This document shows positions 26,501 through 34,431 of a stretch of DNA of 64,000 nt, piece by piece (position 1 is the stretch's first letter; each line of letters begins with the position of its first letter). A program made the translations under genes and the position numbers. The stretch is from contig JAMWCW010000001.1 in NCBI GenBank assembly GCA_023819145.1, positions 2,400 through 66,399 on the forward strand, read 5' to 3'. This DNA is from Candidatus Omnitrophota bacterium (lineage in GTDB: Bacteria > Omnitrophota > Gorgyraeia > DTHP01). A model generated the notes under the pieces. The model did not search any database. It worked only from the letters and a program-made list of their open reading frames with translations, and was not told the origin of the DNA.

Positions 26501-29500
26501 AATTCTTCTAATCCACAACATCAGGAGAAATATTGGGAATGGATAGGATATAGAATGCCTTATGTAATGGAATGCATGCATAAGTTTATGAAATTAGATA
26601 CTGTTGAAGAGCAGAAGAAGATGTTTGTTCTGGGAAGTTCAGTTGATGCCACCATATTCAAACTTTCTACTCCTCAAACGCTTACTGTTTTGAGGCGTAG
26701 AGAGATTAGCCCTGTGGTTCAGGCATTGTATGGTGAAGGGGATATAAGAGAAGCCTACCGTTTTGGGGATAGCCCGATTACTGAGGACAATTATGCCTAT
26801 CGAGCACTGTTAAGCTATTATGCGGAATTGACTGACAAAGAAGGCAATTACCTTCCCTTATCTTTACTGGCGACTACTCTTCTTTTAGAAAAGGAACTGG
26901 TGCGTGATGCAGGATTAGAAGCGCTTTATCAGGCACATTTTAATCTTGTTACCGGGCTTCCCACAAGAGAGGGAGTTCCGCTTACCGGAGCGATAGATGT
27001 TTCGGGAATTAGCGGTTTCTATGTGAGCCAGATGGAACAATGGGCGGGTTTAGGTGCATTAGATTATCTTTTGGCATATTTAATGAAAACAGTTTCTCTT
27101 AGCGAGGCGGAGAGGTTTGTGAATATGGGAGTTGCTTCGGCTATTGATGTATTTTTAACTACCGGTCAATTACCACCAATCCAAGGATTACCTTCAGGAA
27201 TTATGGAGATATTCGCACCAGCGTTTGGAGACTGGCTGTTGTGGATTAAGGAAAATTATGCTAAGGCACTGCTCGGATTTTCAGAAGAAGATGTAAGGAG
27301 GATAATTAAAAATGATACTTTTGGCTTTATTACCAAAGCGCTTAACCAGGCATATGCCTTAAAAGAGAGCCTTGCCAGCGGAGATTCGGCAAACATAGAA
27401 TCTGTTTTAGTAAAATTATTTAATTTAGATGGCAATCCTGCGTTAATGGAACATTTAAGAAAATTGTTGGAAGAAGATTATAATCCAGAAGACTCAGTAA
27501 AGGGATTTGATTCCTTGCGCTTACTTGCTCAGATTGCCCAGATTTCTACAATAGTACGACCCTCTGAGGACGGGAAGTTCCAGAATACAAGTATAGGAAG
27601 AGTGGGGTTGAGAAAGGAACTGGAGATTTTAAGCGCCGTAAGGGGAATTGTAGAAAAAGAATTCGGCACACTTGATTTATTAAGGAGAATAGATGCAGTT
27701 TGGGTTATTTCTGGTTTTGCCACTCCGGTTATCTATGGAGAGAAGACCATTGGTCAAATAGAAACCGAGATTAAAAAGATAGCCACTGCTTACCGTATGC
27801 TGAGAACGGTTTTACCTCAGGAGGTTTTTGCAAGTACTGACCCCTTGAGTTTACTCTCCAGTCCCTTTATGTCAGGGGTGCTTTCTTTTATTAGCCAGAG
27901 ATTGCCAAGTCCTGCATTTAACATTACTTTTGATGTGGACTTAGAATACATTGTTGCTTACTTAACCGATGCTCAAGAAAAGCAGAGAATCGATAGGTTA
28001 TATAAGGCAATAGTTGATGATAAAGAAGGAGTTTTAAAGTCTTTCTTGATAAATCCTGTAAATACCAAGGATGTAAACCAGGCAGGCTTTGTCAGCGCTC
28101 TGGTAAATCGTGCTTGGAGACTGATAAAGGATAAAGGTTTAACTGAAGAACAGGCAATTGGAGAAGTAAACAAATGGCTTGAAGGAATTAGAGAATTTTT
28201 GGTATCCGCAGGGCTTCATACCGCGGATTATGTGGCAGAAATCATTGCTGATTATCGTAAGATGGGGCTCTGGTCGTATTACTTGTCGTTCATTAATCCC
28301 GTGGCTGAACAGGAATTAGCCCATGCACAATTTTCACCCACTTTTCCTGATTTTGTTTCCCGTTACAATTATTCCTTAGATGCTTATCTTCAGACGCTTC
28401 CTAATTACTCAAGGATACCTGAGGCACAGCGCACAGAATTAAAAAGTTTATGGGATAAGGTGTTAAGTAATCCTACAAATAGTGGGGCTCTGGAACGCTT
28501 TAGAGATGTCCATGAGAGGATTACGGGTTATTCTGCGCGTGTTTTTGTGGAAAATTTTGTAATTGACCAAGTTTTAAAAGGGAAAGATGTAAGTAGTTTA
28601 ATTGCTGTGGCTAATGGACTCTGGAGTGATTTTAGAATTAAAGATTCACGAGATTTAGAGAAAATTATCTGGCAATTGGGTTATAAACCTGATTGGTCGG
28701 ATAGTGATTGGCAGAAATTTAAGGCGCTTTATGAAAGATACTTAGAAACCACACTTTTTACCTCACAAGCTTATGTTTTGCCCACAGGAGAAGAAGCGCA
28801 AGCCTTAGAACTCTTCCTTAGTTATTATCTCTCTTCTCGTTTAGGAGAAAACCGCATGAGTTCTTTAGAGGCAATGCGTTTCCATCAATGGGCGGTTTTG
28901 GTAAATACTTTCGGGAAAGGAACTACTATTGAAGAAAAATGGGAAAACTTCTTTAAAGAAGTTGTTTTGCCCATGCGTCAGGAAATTGAAGCTTTAATGC
29001 CTGATTATTTTGGACGTGACCCAGTAACTGGAAAAACCTATTTTGATAAATACAATCCCGTGCATGGAGGGGTAGTAGCTTACTTTATTGAGCAGGCACT
29101 GTTTAAGATGTTTATGAATAGAGAACAGGTGAACAAACAATGGAGTCAAATGCCTGCACAAAGAGGATGGCTGGTAGGCCCACGTTTTGACCAAAAAGGG
29201 AATAGAATCGCTCAGAAGGTTTCTAATCCATATAACAATCCTCAAGAATTCTTAAGACTTGTTTTGGATGAGGTTTTAGCAGACTTAAAAGTGGCGGTTG
29301 AACTTAAACCCTATGTAGAAAAAGCAAGGATGGCCTTTATTGATGTTACTGACCCAAGAATGGCAGGAATCTTATGGTTCCATGTAAATACGCTTAAAGA
29401 CCCGCCACGCGACTGGACGCAGTTTAGTTCCTTGGGCACTTTGAAATCTCACTTAGAAAAAGAAGCGCGCATCATGCTTACGCTTGCCCAGCAAGGGCGA

Positions 29501-31891
29501 TACTTGGATATCTTTAGTCCCGAAGATATGGGAGAGCTATCCTATTATGCTCAAGAAGGAGGAATGCCTTTAGGAAAATCTCTACGTTTAGAAAAGTTGA
29601 CTCCGGAAAATGCCTTTGTCTATTTTGCCTATCCACAATGGTCCAAACTTCTTTTAGGGCAAACAGATAGTGCCTACGCCAGGATAAATGAACTTGCCCC
29701 AACCATTAAGAGATTAATCGCTTCTAATCCCTACTGGAGAGATGGGCTAACACACTGGGTTACTGATGGTTATGGTTTTGACTATGCGTTTCTTCTTCAG
29801 ATTAAAGAAGAATTAGGTATTGCTTATTTATTGCAAGCTGAGGTAGCAAAGTTCTTTGGGGTGGAAAAACTTGATTTCAATAACCAAGAACATTTGGCAA
29901 TGCTCTGGGAATATACGCAGCGCACCTACTTGAAAGCAAAAGGAAAACTAGAGGAAGAAATCCGTGCCGGAAGAGTAGCCAATGTGGATTCCGAACGAGG
30001 CTGGTCAATGCTTGTAGGTGATACAGGGAAGAATGTTTCTAAGATTGTTTTAGAAAAATATGGTCTGGACTTAACCTCCCCTGGCTGGGATAAGTATTCT
30101 CCTCTTCGGTTCTGGATTTTAGAGATGGCAAGCGCAGTCATACCTGAAGTTAGTTATGAACTTCGGGTTTTAAAGGCGGTAAGACCTATTGTAGAGACTA
30201 TTGAAAAAAGAGCCCTTAAGTTAAACGATAGCTTAGATATGCGACTTTTAGAGAATTATAAAGAGATTGCGCTTGCTTTGGGAAGAGAAATTGTGTTGAA
30301 TGCACATCGTGAAGAAATAGAAAATTTAGGTAAAGAGGCAATTTTAAGAACTTATGAGAAGGTAGTGCGTGGATTAATCCAGAAGGGAGATACCAAGGAA
30401 AAAGCAGAGGCCAGAGTACTTTTTGCTTATCGTGACCAAAGAGAAGCATTAGGAAAAACTGTCCTGTTTGCTAAATATCGAGAAGAAGCAGTTAATTTAG
30501 GAGTTCAAGAATTGGCAAGAAGGGCAGGTTTAATTACTCAACAGGCACCACCTACTCAACAAGCACCTGTAGAAGTAAAGCCTATTGAGCCTCCTAAACC
30601 ACCGGAAGTTCCCCAACCACCTGAGACCCCCAGACCACCGGAAGTTCCCCAACCACTAATTCCTCCTGAGCCTGAGCCTGAGCCTGAGCCGTTTGCACCG
30701 CAAACTCTTCCTACCGTACCAACGGTAACCATTACTCAGACGCCTTCTATCACTTTAGCTTTTGAAATCAGCAACGGCTTAAGCCTGACCTGGTCAAGGA
30801 TAAAAGATTCACAAAACAGAGAAGTTTCTAATTATCAGTGGGAAATTTTGGACGCAAAAGGAAATGTTGTGCGTAGTGGAGAAACATCAGCTTTAAGCAC
30901 TTGGATAAAATATGAGGGACTACTCAGTGGAAATTATCTTTTCCGTGTAAGAGGAGTAATAAGAGAAAAAGGCATATTTATTGAAGGCGAATGGAGTGAA
31001 CACAGTTTTAGTGTAGAAGGAGCACGAGAGCAAACTACTGAAACACCAGCTGCGGAAGGCAAGTTAAGTCCTGTGGTATTGGCTCCTTTTGTTTTTAAAG
31101 GAACAATTAGTGGAGGAGGAAATCTCAACGTTGGAGAGGAGAGTATCTTTAATCTTTGGGGGAATTATAATGAATTAGATAGTGGGTATATAATAATAAG
31201 AGAGAAAAATACAGGGAGAGAAATAGAAAGAATTGTCGTAAATAGCGGAGACAATCGTTATCGTTATTCCTGGACTAATGCCGGACAATATGTGATTCAG
31301 TTGGTAGGTACGAAAGCAGGTGCAACTTATAATTCTAATGAAATAGAGGTTTGGGTAAAACAACCAACTAGTGCAACGAGTGTAACCAGCGCAACGACTA
31401 CTTCTCGTGTACCCGTAGCAGTTAATTGGTCAGCTTATCAATCACCCGAAATAAATCCCCGTGTAAGTGATTCTGAGAATGTCCGCCAGCGAGTTAGCCA
31501 TTATCAAGGAACTACTTCCAAGGATTCCACAGCCCGTTTCTGGAGCGAAAAAGTTTTTGCGTCTATTTTGGCTACCGTAAGAGATAGACAAAAAGCATTT
31601 GTTTTAACCGATATGACAATGTTTGCTTTCACATCTGTTTTTGGAACTTTGCCCAATATGACTGAAAAAGGAGCAGGAATCTGGCACAATGAGATAATTA
31701 GAGCACCAACACAACAACAGTATATCAGTGCAGGTGTTTTTGCTCAGAATTTAGTTATTGATTGGACAACTAAAGCTACAAATTATTTCCGCATGAATTA
31801 TTACTCTGGTTGCAACGCGGATAATTTAATTAAAAAGGCAATTGAAGAGGCAAACCGCTTTGTCTGGGAACGTCAGCATTTATATTTCTAA
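20558..31891 (+). CDS. giant secreted protein (~3777 aa), largely alpha-helical, with a beta-sandwich cassette near the N-terminus, a Pro/Glu-rich linker and an Fn3-like C-terminal region
   Basis: Uninterrupted 11.3-kb ORF. Strong RBS GGGAGGAAAGGGAGG before the ATG at 20558 (the track ORF begins at an upstream in-frame ATG at 20480). Signal peptide 'LLLVELFLFSQTNFG'. No catalytic motif recognised. Confidence 0.7.
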   Translation: MKNLAKKIISLLLVELFLFSQTNFGLTTLLSPPPQHLSVNNNQDNQTLLLPPPLCVDQQSSFPSSVVNIPEERIRAELKPLIEKYLEDTNRSLNDLNTVVNNFSYLVIGGDDGLDLFALEEVKAILEDSLTRQLETPLAQFLGKAVLDLSQREAVVKLSAWSGLYKAVGGFLNRDLKLEDIKDQKALNDFALLIAEKGYALGGIKRVLGDEKVKALYSLEEICNLLSQLRGGETTLTLLQALNGNLPSINNFTPFSAIPTGYEGGFSLSGSRRSPADAEIGFIVPSLELTNIAFKIKIDLEEGSVMPAVKLELVDAQGNKATTTLDEVTDSGKEYTISRDRDDFKIDLITTAFDWSKIERVSLFLVTGGSSQGKITLSGLDAFLLREKKEEVLSAEKINFLLNYGLLGLKKWELPLDIEFIKYIGQLLDHETTRKMVANWMAVLPYAPQLIWRDLFMEGWNIKDEGILGYLTLTALERTGKNKLSPAEILATIQSLVSEFEKGDFGISEDRVLVQLMENALGRKLDFKSYMDVMAYRYWSKLRDLLGQEFVSEKLNSRSLAKSFPKLGDKIELIRRLASAIGFDIKLMTSNPDTWDWFWKEMAIGTSPDMIVDIIWGGFVFKELLEGTLWIGEIDVHHHIEQPFWRYFVEYLPYSGASKEQVVKFILEKYRNLPYDSVAVGFPEVASYGITTAGRTSYNVEAQGHPFTADETKRMLLLYPAINQLLSQLIGLPQQTAPVLSIRSFFTDELDRLLNYFLEARDFSSGAMADALSGVDNSTAAGGFLVMAAIIAAEVGKISKDEANKIIGNFVKFISVTQKMHGLLSHYTRGGTAERAGNSEFSLIDTYLAVSALIAYRNWQGAEPEVVKAINAFLGAVQLEALQVQARTTGLMARGGILNFGVTPERGFTGGIVDFYNEYILCYLIAIGQTDNPNFARDMAFWFYKGITRKQGSGVSEEAFTYPFENSLFQFQYPLVFLPMMFLSDIGSEFGTTDLNHFRNAVSAFLNTHATAVKEGDKFRSFNYHSWAMNASAALASYYSMVIGMPPRDKDGGKSYYDGTISPNATFGGLPFMPYLSYQSLRYLTLAFPQAQGRYGFVDSLNPERNWFSPTYFSLGQGLALMGIWDTLNYGRLDRESAWSLNLRDKFYLKSLFELGFREDLSPQFSAVYQELINGALGIEEAVKAIVTEKDYAVLREYLTSKGLDTTVLLQKWQEIGPWGSSLERGAVISFIRSKIADGRLDNAEIQEILRQARSIADYNLIAEVLLGDPQKNNGLMQWAYDKERNIYKLKSDEGSPNYLLFPLLMQLRIEQTKLTLSNVFSEPEIVGKQGLDLAQAYLDKVEEIARAAQLPDERAIFAFQHFTEKAEGYYAKAIEILQGLIDGKIDSLEEVRAQALLFTAYKKNWQYDQQKEAFKLLAQAVEGNVTFRTEAIDIIASYFGREILADYYQAWVHPQKALTSEQETKVKEAIATALQYPDPDNPPAGKSYVDVLLNNKISLIFFREKYLRQPVVINPYDATQAGQIGYFVTQLFTKGASEEQIVGMLTEMLRYKPLVESVLGRELDLQNNRNDLYLLSLAVALSLQNLPEARIAEIIGGTIVSPENLETAIAAVQNFMLARDLRAFVDKTLQLSRYLRNKENVQIAFDPLLGKFLGQDLPTEKWTDFLIDILTVDNIEEYLTYKVIGELNKIEKINIEKNAFYERRTTRYRYKDAYFGDNTNLDLENERVREILDKAFIIKAELEAIYQTIINVEESSLDHLLLTSLVRLSLDSKVNIEELLGSFTATLRSKGMVEEKAQKIFLTFILPNMPLSLISREGFEQYVADVVQLAGELRLSLSTAKDLAVVSSIVNLKYAGIESIPQDIKELSVHYQALLRSPKLADLRTALGPWAGVVLPELERILGIDLTLATGEQISQAKQWLNVLTLPEFSQVASADIDFLKVWANIAKEAKIIAQLRKELEGFKDSAIRFLEQYVLGETFNSSNPQHQEKYWEWIGYRMPYVMECMHKFMKLDTVEEQKKMFVLGSSVDATIFKLSTPQTLTVLRRREISPVVQALYGEGDIREAYRFGDSPITEDNYAYRALLSYYAELTDKEGNYLPLSLLATTLLLEKELVRDAGLEALYQAHFNLVTGLPTREGVPLTGAIDVSGISGFYVSQMEQWAGLGALDYLLAYLMKTVSLSEAERFVNMGVASAIDVFLTTGQLPPIQGLPSGIMEIFAPAFGDWLLWIKENYAKALLGFSEEDVRRIIKNDTFGFITKALNQAYALKESLASGDSANIESVLVKLFNLDGNPALMEHLRKLLEEDYNPEDSVKGFDSLRLLAQIAQISTIVRPSEDGKFQNTSIGRVGLRKELEILSAVRGIVEKEFGTLDLLRRIDAVWVISGFATPVIYGEKTIGQIETEIKKIATAYRMLRTVLPQEVFASTDPLSLLSSPFMSGVLSFISQRLPSPAFNITFDVDLEYIVAYLTDAQEKQRIDRLYKAIVDDKEGVLKSFLINPVNTKDVNQAGFVSALVNRAWRLIKDKGLTEEQAIGEVNKWLEGIREFLVSAGLHTADYVAEIIADYRKMGLWSYYLSFINPVAEQELAHAQFSPTFPDFVSRYNYSLDAYLQTLPNYSRIPEAQRTELKSLWDKVLSNPTNSGALERFRDVHERITGYSARVFVENFVIDQVLKGKDVSSLIAVANGLWSDFRIKDSRDLEKIIWQLGYKPDWSDSDWQKFKALYERYLETTLFTSQAYVLPTGEEAQALELFLSYYLSSRLGENRMSSLEAMRFHQWAVLVNTFGKGTTIEEKWENFFKEVVLPMRQEIEALMPDYFGRDPVTGKTYFDKYNPVHGGVVAYFIEQALFKMFMNREQVNKQWSQMPAQRGWLVGPRFDQKGNRIAQKVSNPYNNPQEFLRLVLDEVLADLKVAVELKPYVEKARMAFIDVTDPRMAGILWFHVNTLKDPPRDWTQFSSLGTLKSHLEKEARIMLTLAQQGRYLDIFSPEDMGELSYYAQEGGMPLGKSLRLEKLTPENAFVYFAYPQWSKLLLGQTDSAYARINELAPTIKRLIASNPYWRDGLTHWVTDGYGFDYAFLLQIKEELGIAYLLQAEVAKFFGVEKLDFNNQEHLAMLWEYTQRTYLKAKGKLEEEIRAGRVANVDSERGWSMLVGDTGKNVSKIVLEKYGLDLTSPGWDKYSPLRFWILEMASAVIPEVSYELRVLKAVRPIVETIEKRALKLNDSLDMRLLENYKEIALALGREIVLNAHREEIENLGKEAILRTYEKVVRGLIQKGDTKEKAEARVLFAYRDQREALGKTVLFAKYREEAVNLGVQELARRAGLITQQAPPTQQAPVEVKPIEPPKPPEVPQPPETPRPPEVPQPLIPPEPEPEPEPFAPQTLPTVPTVTITQTPSITLAFEISNGLSLTWSRIKDSQNREVSNYQWEILDAKGNVVRSGETSALSTWIKYEGLLSGNYLFRVRGVIREKGIFIEGEWSEHSFSVEGAREQTTETPAAEGKLSPVVLAPFVFKGTISGGGNLNVGEESIFNLWGNYNELDSGYIIIREKNTGREIERIVVNSGDNRYRYSWTNAGQYVIQLVGTKAGATYNSNEIEVWVKQPTSATSVTSATTTSRVPVAVNWSAYQSPEINPRVSDSENVRQRVSHYQGTTSKDSTARFWSEKVFASILATVRDRQKAFVLTDMTMFAFTSVFGTLPNMTEKGAGIWHNEIIRAPTQQQYISAGVFAQNLVIDWTTKATNYFRMNYYSGCNADNLIKKAIEEANRFVWERQHLYF
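30599..30688 (+). repeat. in-frame tandem repeats in the Pro-rich linker of the giant protein: 22-nt direct repeat x2 and (CCTGAG)x4 encoding (PE)4
   Basis: 'ccaccggaagttccccaaccac' at 30599-30620 and 30635-30656. 'cctgag' x4 at 30665-30688. Protein reads 'KPPEVPQPPETPRPPEVPQPLIPPEPEPEPEPF'. Confidence 0.6.
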
Positions 31892-31907
31892 AATTTGGGA
31901 TGGGGGA

Positions 31908-31936
31908 TTGACAAAAGGTGAAAAGCATGTTATATT
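31908..31936 (+). promoter_or_regulatory. extended -10 promoter (TTGACA, 17 nt, TGtTATATT)
   Basis: gattgacaaaaggtgaaaagcaTGtTATATTttat. Shares 'TTGACAAAA...AAAAGCATGTTATAT' with the 54988 promoter. Confidence 0.45.
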
Positions 31937-32123
31937 TTATTAGGGAATAAGCAGCGAAGCGGATTAATGCTTGAGAGAAGGTATAAGAGAAAATTAACGG
32001 GTAGCAACAAAAAGAAATGGATTATATATATTAATATTAAGTTTCACCTTTATTGTGTGCATGAGAGTGTTTACATAAATTTAACTTTTAACCATTAAAC
32101 CGAGGAAAGAAAGGAGGGATAAG

Positions 32124-34355
32124 ATGATGTACAAGAAGATTTTGATGGTAATAGCAGTAGCGGTGATGTTAGTTTCCATCTGTGGCATTAGAGAAATAGA
32201 AGCATGCGGTAGAGGGCCAACGCAATCTCCGATTATGATTGCTTTAAAATATCTTGTAGAGATTTGTGAGGCTAATAAAATAGACGCTTCTATAGGCAAT
32301 ATTTTATCGGCTGATGAAACTATTAGATATCTTGATGCTATTATTCCTTCTATAAGAGATGATTTTACTGCTATTGCCAAAGACGTAGATTTATATTTTA
32401 GATTAGTACGAGGATCTTGGGTTCCTGAACAGGTAATAAGCGTTGTAGAAGCATATTTGAGGCATAGAGGATACGGCGGTATGCTGGATAATGCTTTGAG
32501 TTATTTTGCAGAGGACTGGAGTTTTTTACCTGAAGAAGGCATAGATTTAACTGCCCTATTTGGTGGTCTTGAGAATTTAGAGAAAAAATCCACAATGGAG
32601 ACTTTGACTGTTACTACTAACATAAATCCTTCAGGGGTTATTAGTCTTACCACAACGAGACAAATGACCGAGAAGAGTCTTATTGATTGGCTTCGTGATT
32701 GGTTTATTTTTAACCGAAAGATGGGAATTGGGTATAATTCTTTTGTTGATATGTTTAAAAACCATCTTCCCATCATAGTTAATTCCCCCGATTTAGACAA
32801 TTTTTTCAGGGCAGCAGGCTATACTGGCGGGTTTGATAAAGGAAATTGGTTCCATGTTTCTGAGGCATTGTACTGGGCAGGTACCCTACAGATTTTATCA
32901 TCGAACACTCCTGATACTTACCAGCGCGAAGGCTTAAATTTATTAAAAGAACAGGCAGAGGCTATTCTTGGCAAAACACTGGGTAAGGGTTCCCGATTTA
33001 GTACGCAAGAGGCAATAGAGGTGACCAGTAAGATGATTCGGGCAGGAACAGAATTAATTTCTTACGTAGAGAAATATATCGGGAGAAAAATTGATTTAGC
33101 CCAGAGTTACGACAAAGGATTGCTTTCTTCATATGTGGATGGGATTTTTGGCAGGATAAGGAATTTATACTATAATCCCGCCACGAAAACTTGGAAACCA
33201 GTAGATTACAACAGCGTCTTTACCAAGGCGATAAATGATATGAAAAAGGTAATAGATATTGGAGTGAATAAGATTGGGAATAGCGTTTATCTTGCCTTCT
33301 TTAAAGACAAAGGCGGTTCTGATTATATGGCGAAGATGAGGGCTTACAATGTGGTTATGGGATCGCAATGGGATGAAGCCCAGCACGTGAGGGCAATTCT
33401 AAATTCCTGGTCGTATCATGTTATAAATATAGAAGACTATACCGGAAATCCTACAGGAGCGCTTAACCTTGTAAAAACACTACTTGAATATGATAAAGGC
33501 GAAGGCAAAGTGTTTAAGGATAAAGTTGATACCTTTTTGGGGATTAAACTCAATCTGCTTAGAGAATTCAGGCATCAACAGGCATATAGTAATATGGTCT
33601 CTTTAATTGGCGAGGTGCTTTCGCGAGCAGATTATTTTAAGATTAGCCAAGGTAATATAGACCAAGCATATAACGCAGTTAAGGAGATGCTCGATTTAGC
33701 CCAAGGAAAAGACACCGGAGGAAAGACGTTGTTAGATAAAATAGCTGGATATCTATTTCCAAGTATTTCAGGTGCGCGTAGAGATAGTTTAGAGATGACT
33801 TCAACTCTCTACGGAGGCACAATCTCGGGTATAGCCACCTTCTGGACGCAGGTGCTTTACGCCCGGACAAAACAACTGGGAGATTTTAACAAGGCCATGG
33901 CTTATGTTGATGCCCAACTATCCGCAAGAAAAGAAATAAGGCAAGCGTTAGAGAAGAAATTCGGTATACCTTTAATGATAAATCCTGCGGAAATTAAATA
34001 CGAAGATTTAAGACTACTCAATTTGTTTGAATCTGTTTTGGATGGAGATTTGGCTAATTTGGAGAATACTAAAAGGTGGGTAATAGATTATATTAATTCG
34101 GATAAAGTGAGATTTGCGAATTTTATCTTGCAGAACGCTCAACAAGTAGAGCTTGACCTCGAGGCTTATAAGAAGGCAAATGTAAGACAGCCACTTTATC
34201 CGGAATATCCTACCGCGCCTATCTTGACCGCGGATGTAGGCTTAAGTGGTTATGCCTTTGAGCTTCCGTTGCCTGTTTTAGAAGATAACAATGACAATAG
34301 TGGTTTGGCTACTGCACCACCGTATTTAGGGGATTTTTCATCAATTTTTAATTAA
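32124..34355 (+). CDS. secreted protein, 743 aa, unknown function
   Basis: RBS AGGAGGG. Signal peptide 'ILMVIAVAVMLVSICG'. No recognisable domain. Confidence 0.5.
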   Translation: MMYKKILMVIAVAVMLVSICGIREIEACGRGPTQSPIMIALKYLVEICEANKIDASIGNILSADETIRYLDAIIPSIRDDFTAIAKDVDLYFRLVRGSWVPEQVISVVEAYLRHRGYGGMLDNALSYFAEDWSFLPEEGIDLTALFGGLENLEKKSTMETLTVTTNINPSGVISLTTTRQMTEKSLIDWLRDWFIFNRKMGIGYNSFVDMFKNHLPIIVNSPDLDNFFRAAGYTGGFDKGNWFHVSEALYWAGTLQILSSNTPDTYQREGLNLLKEQAEAILGKTLGKGSRFSTQEAIEVTSKMIRAGTELISYVEKYIGRKIDLAQSYDKGLLSSYVDGIFGRIRNLYYNPATKTWKPVDYNSVFTKAINDMKKVIDIGVNKIGNSVYLAFFKDKGGSDYMAKMRAYNVVMGSQWDEAQHVRAILNSWSYHVINIEDYTGNPTGALNLVKTLLEYDKGEGKVFKDKVDTFLGIKLNLLREFRHQQAYSNMVSLIGEVLSRADYFKISQGNIDQAYNAVKEMLDLAQGKDTGGKTLLDKIAGYLFPSISGARRDSLEMTSTLYGGTISGIATFWTQVLYARTKQLGDFNKAMAYVDAQLSARKEIRQALEKKFGIPLMINPAEIKYEDLRLLNLFESVLDGDLANLENTKRWVIDYINSDKVRFANFILQNAQQVELDLEAYKKANVRQPLYPEYPTAPILTADVGLSGYAFELPLPVLEDNNDNSGLATAPPYLGDFSSIFN

Positions 34356-34431
34356 TATCAGCATATTTACTTCCCTCTTCAAGAGGGAAGTAAATTGAGG
34401 GCTTATTAATAATTTTTTAAAAGGGGGTATA

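Noticed and set aside
21117-31689. About 14 minus-strand ORFs of 60-83 aa inside the giant + strand gene (e.g. 21117-21302, 23228-23473, 27973-28173, 31504-31689)
   Set aside because: All lie antisense within a continuous 11.3-kb ORF. They have no RBS or start context and show low-complexity translations. They are the expected random ORFs in a long AT-rich gene.
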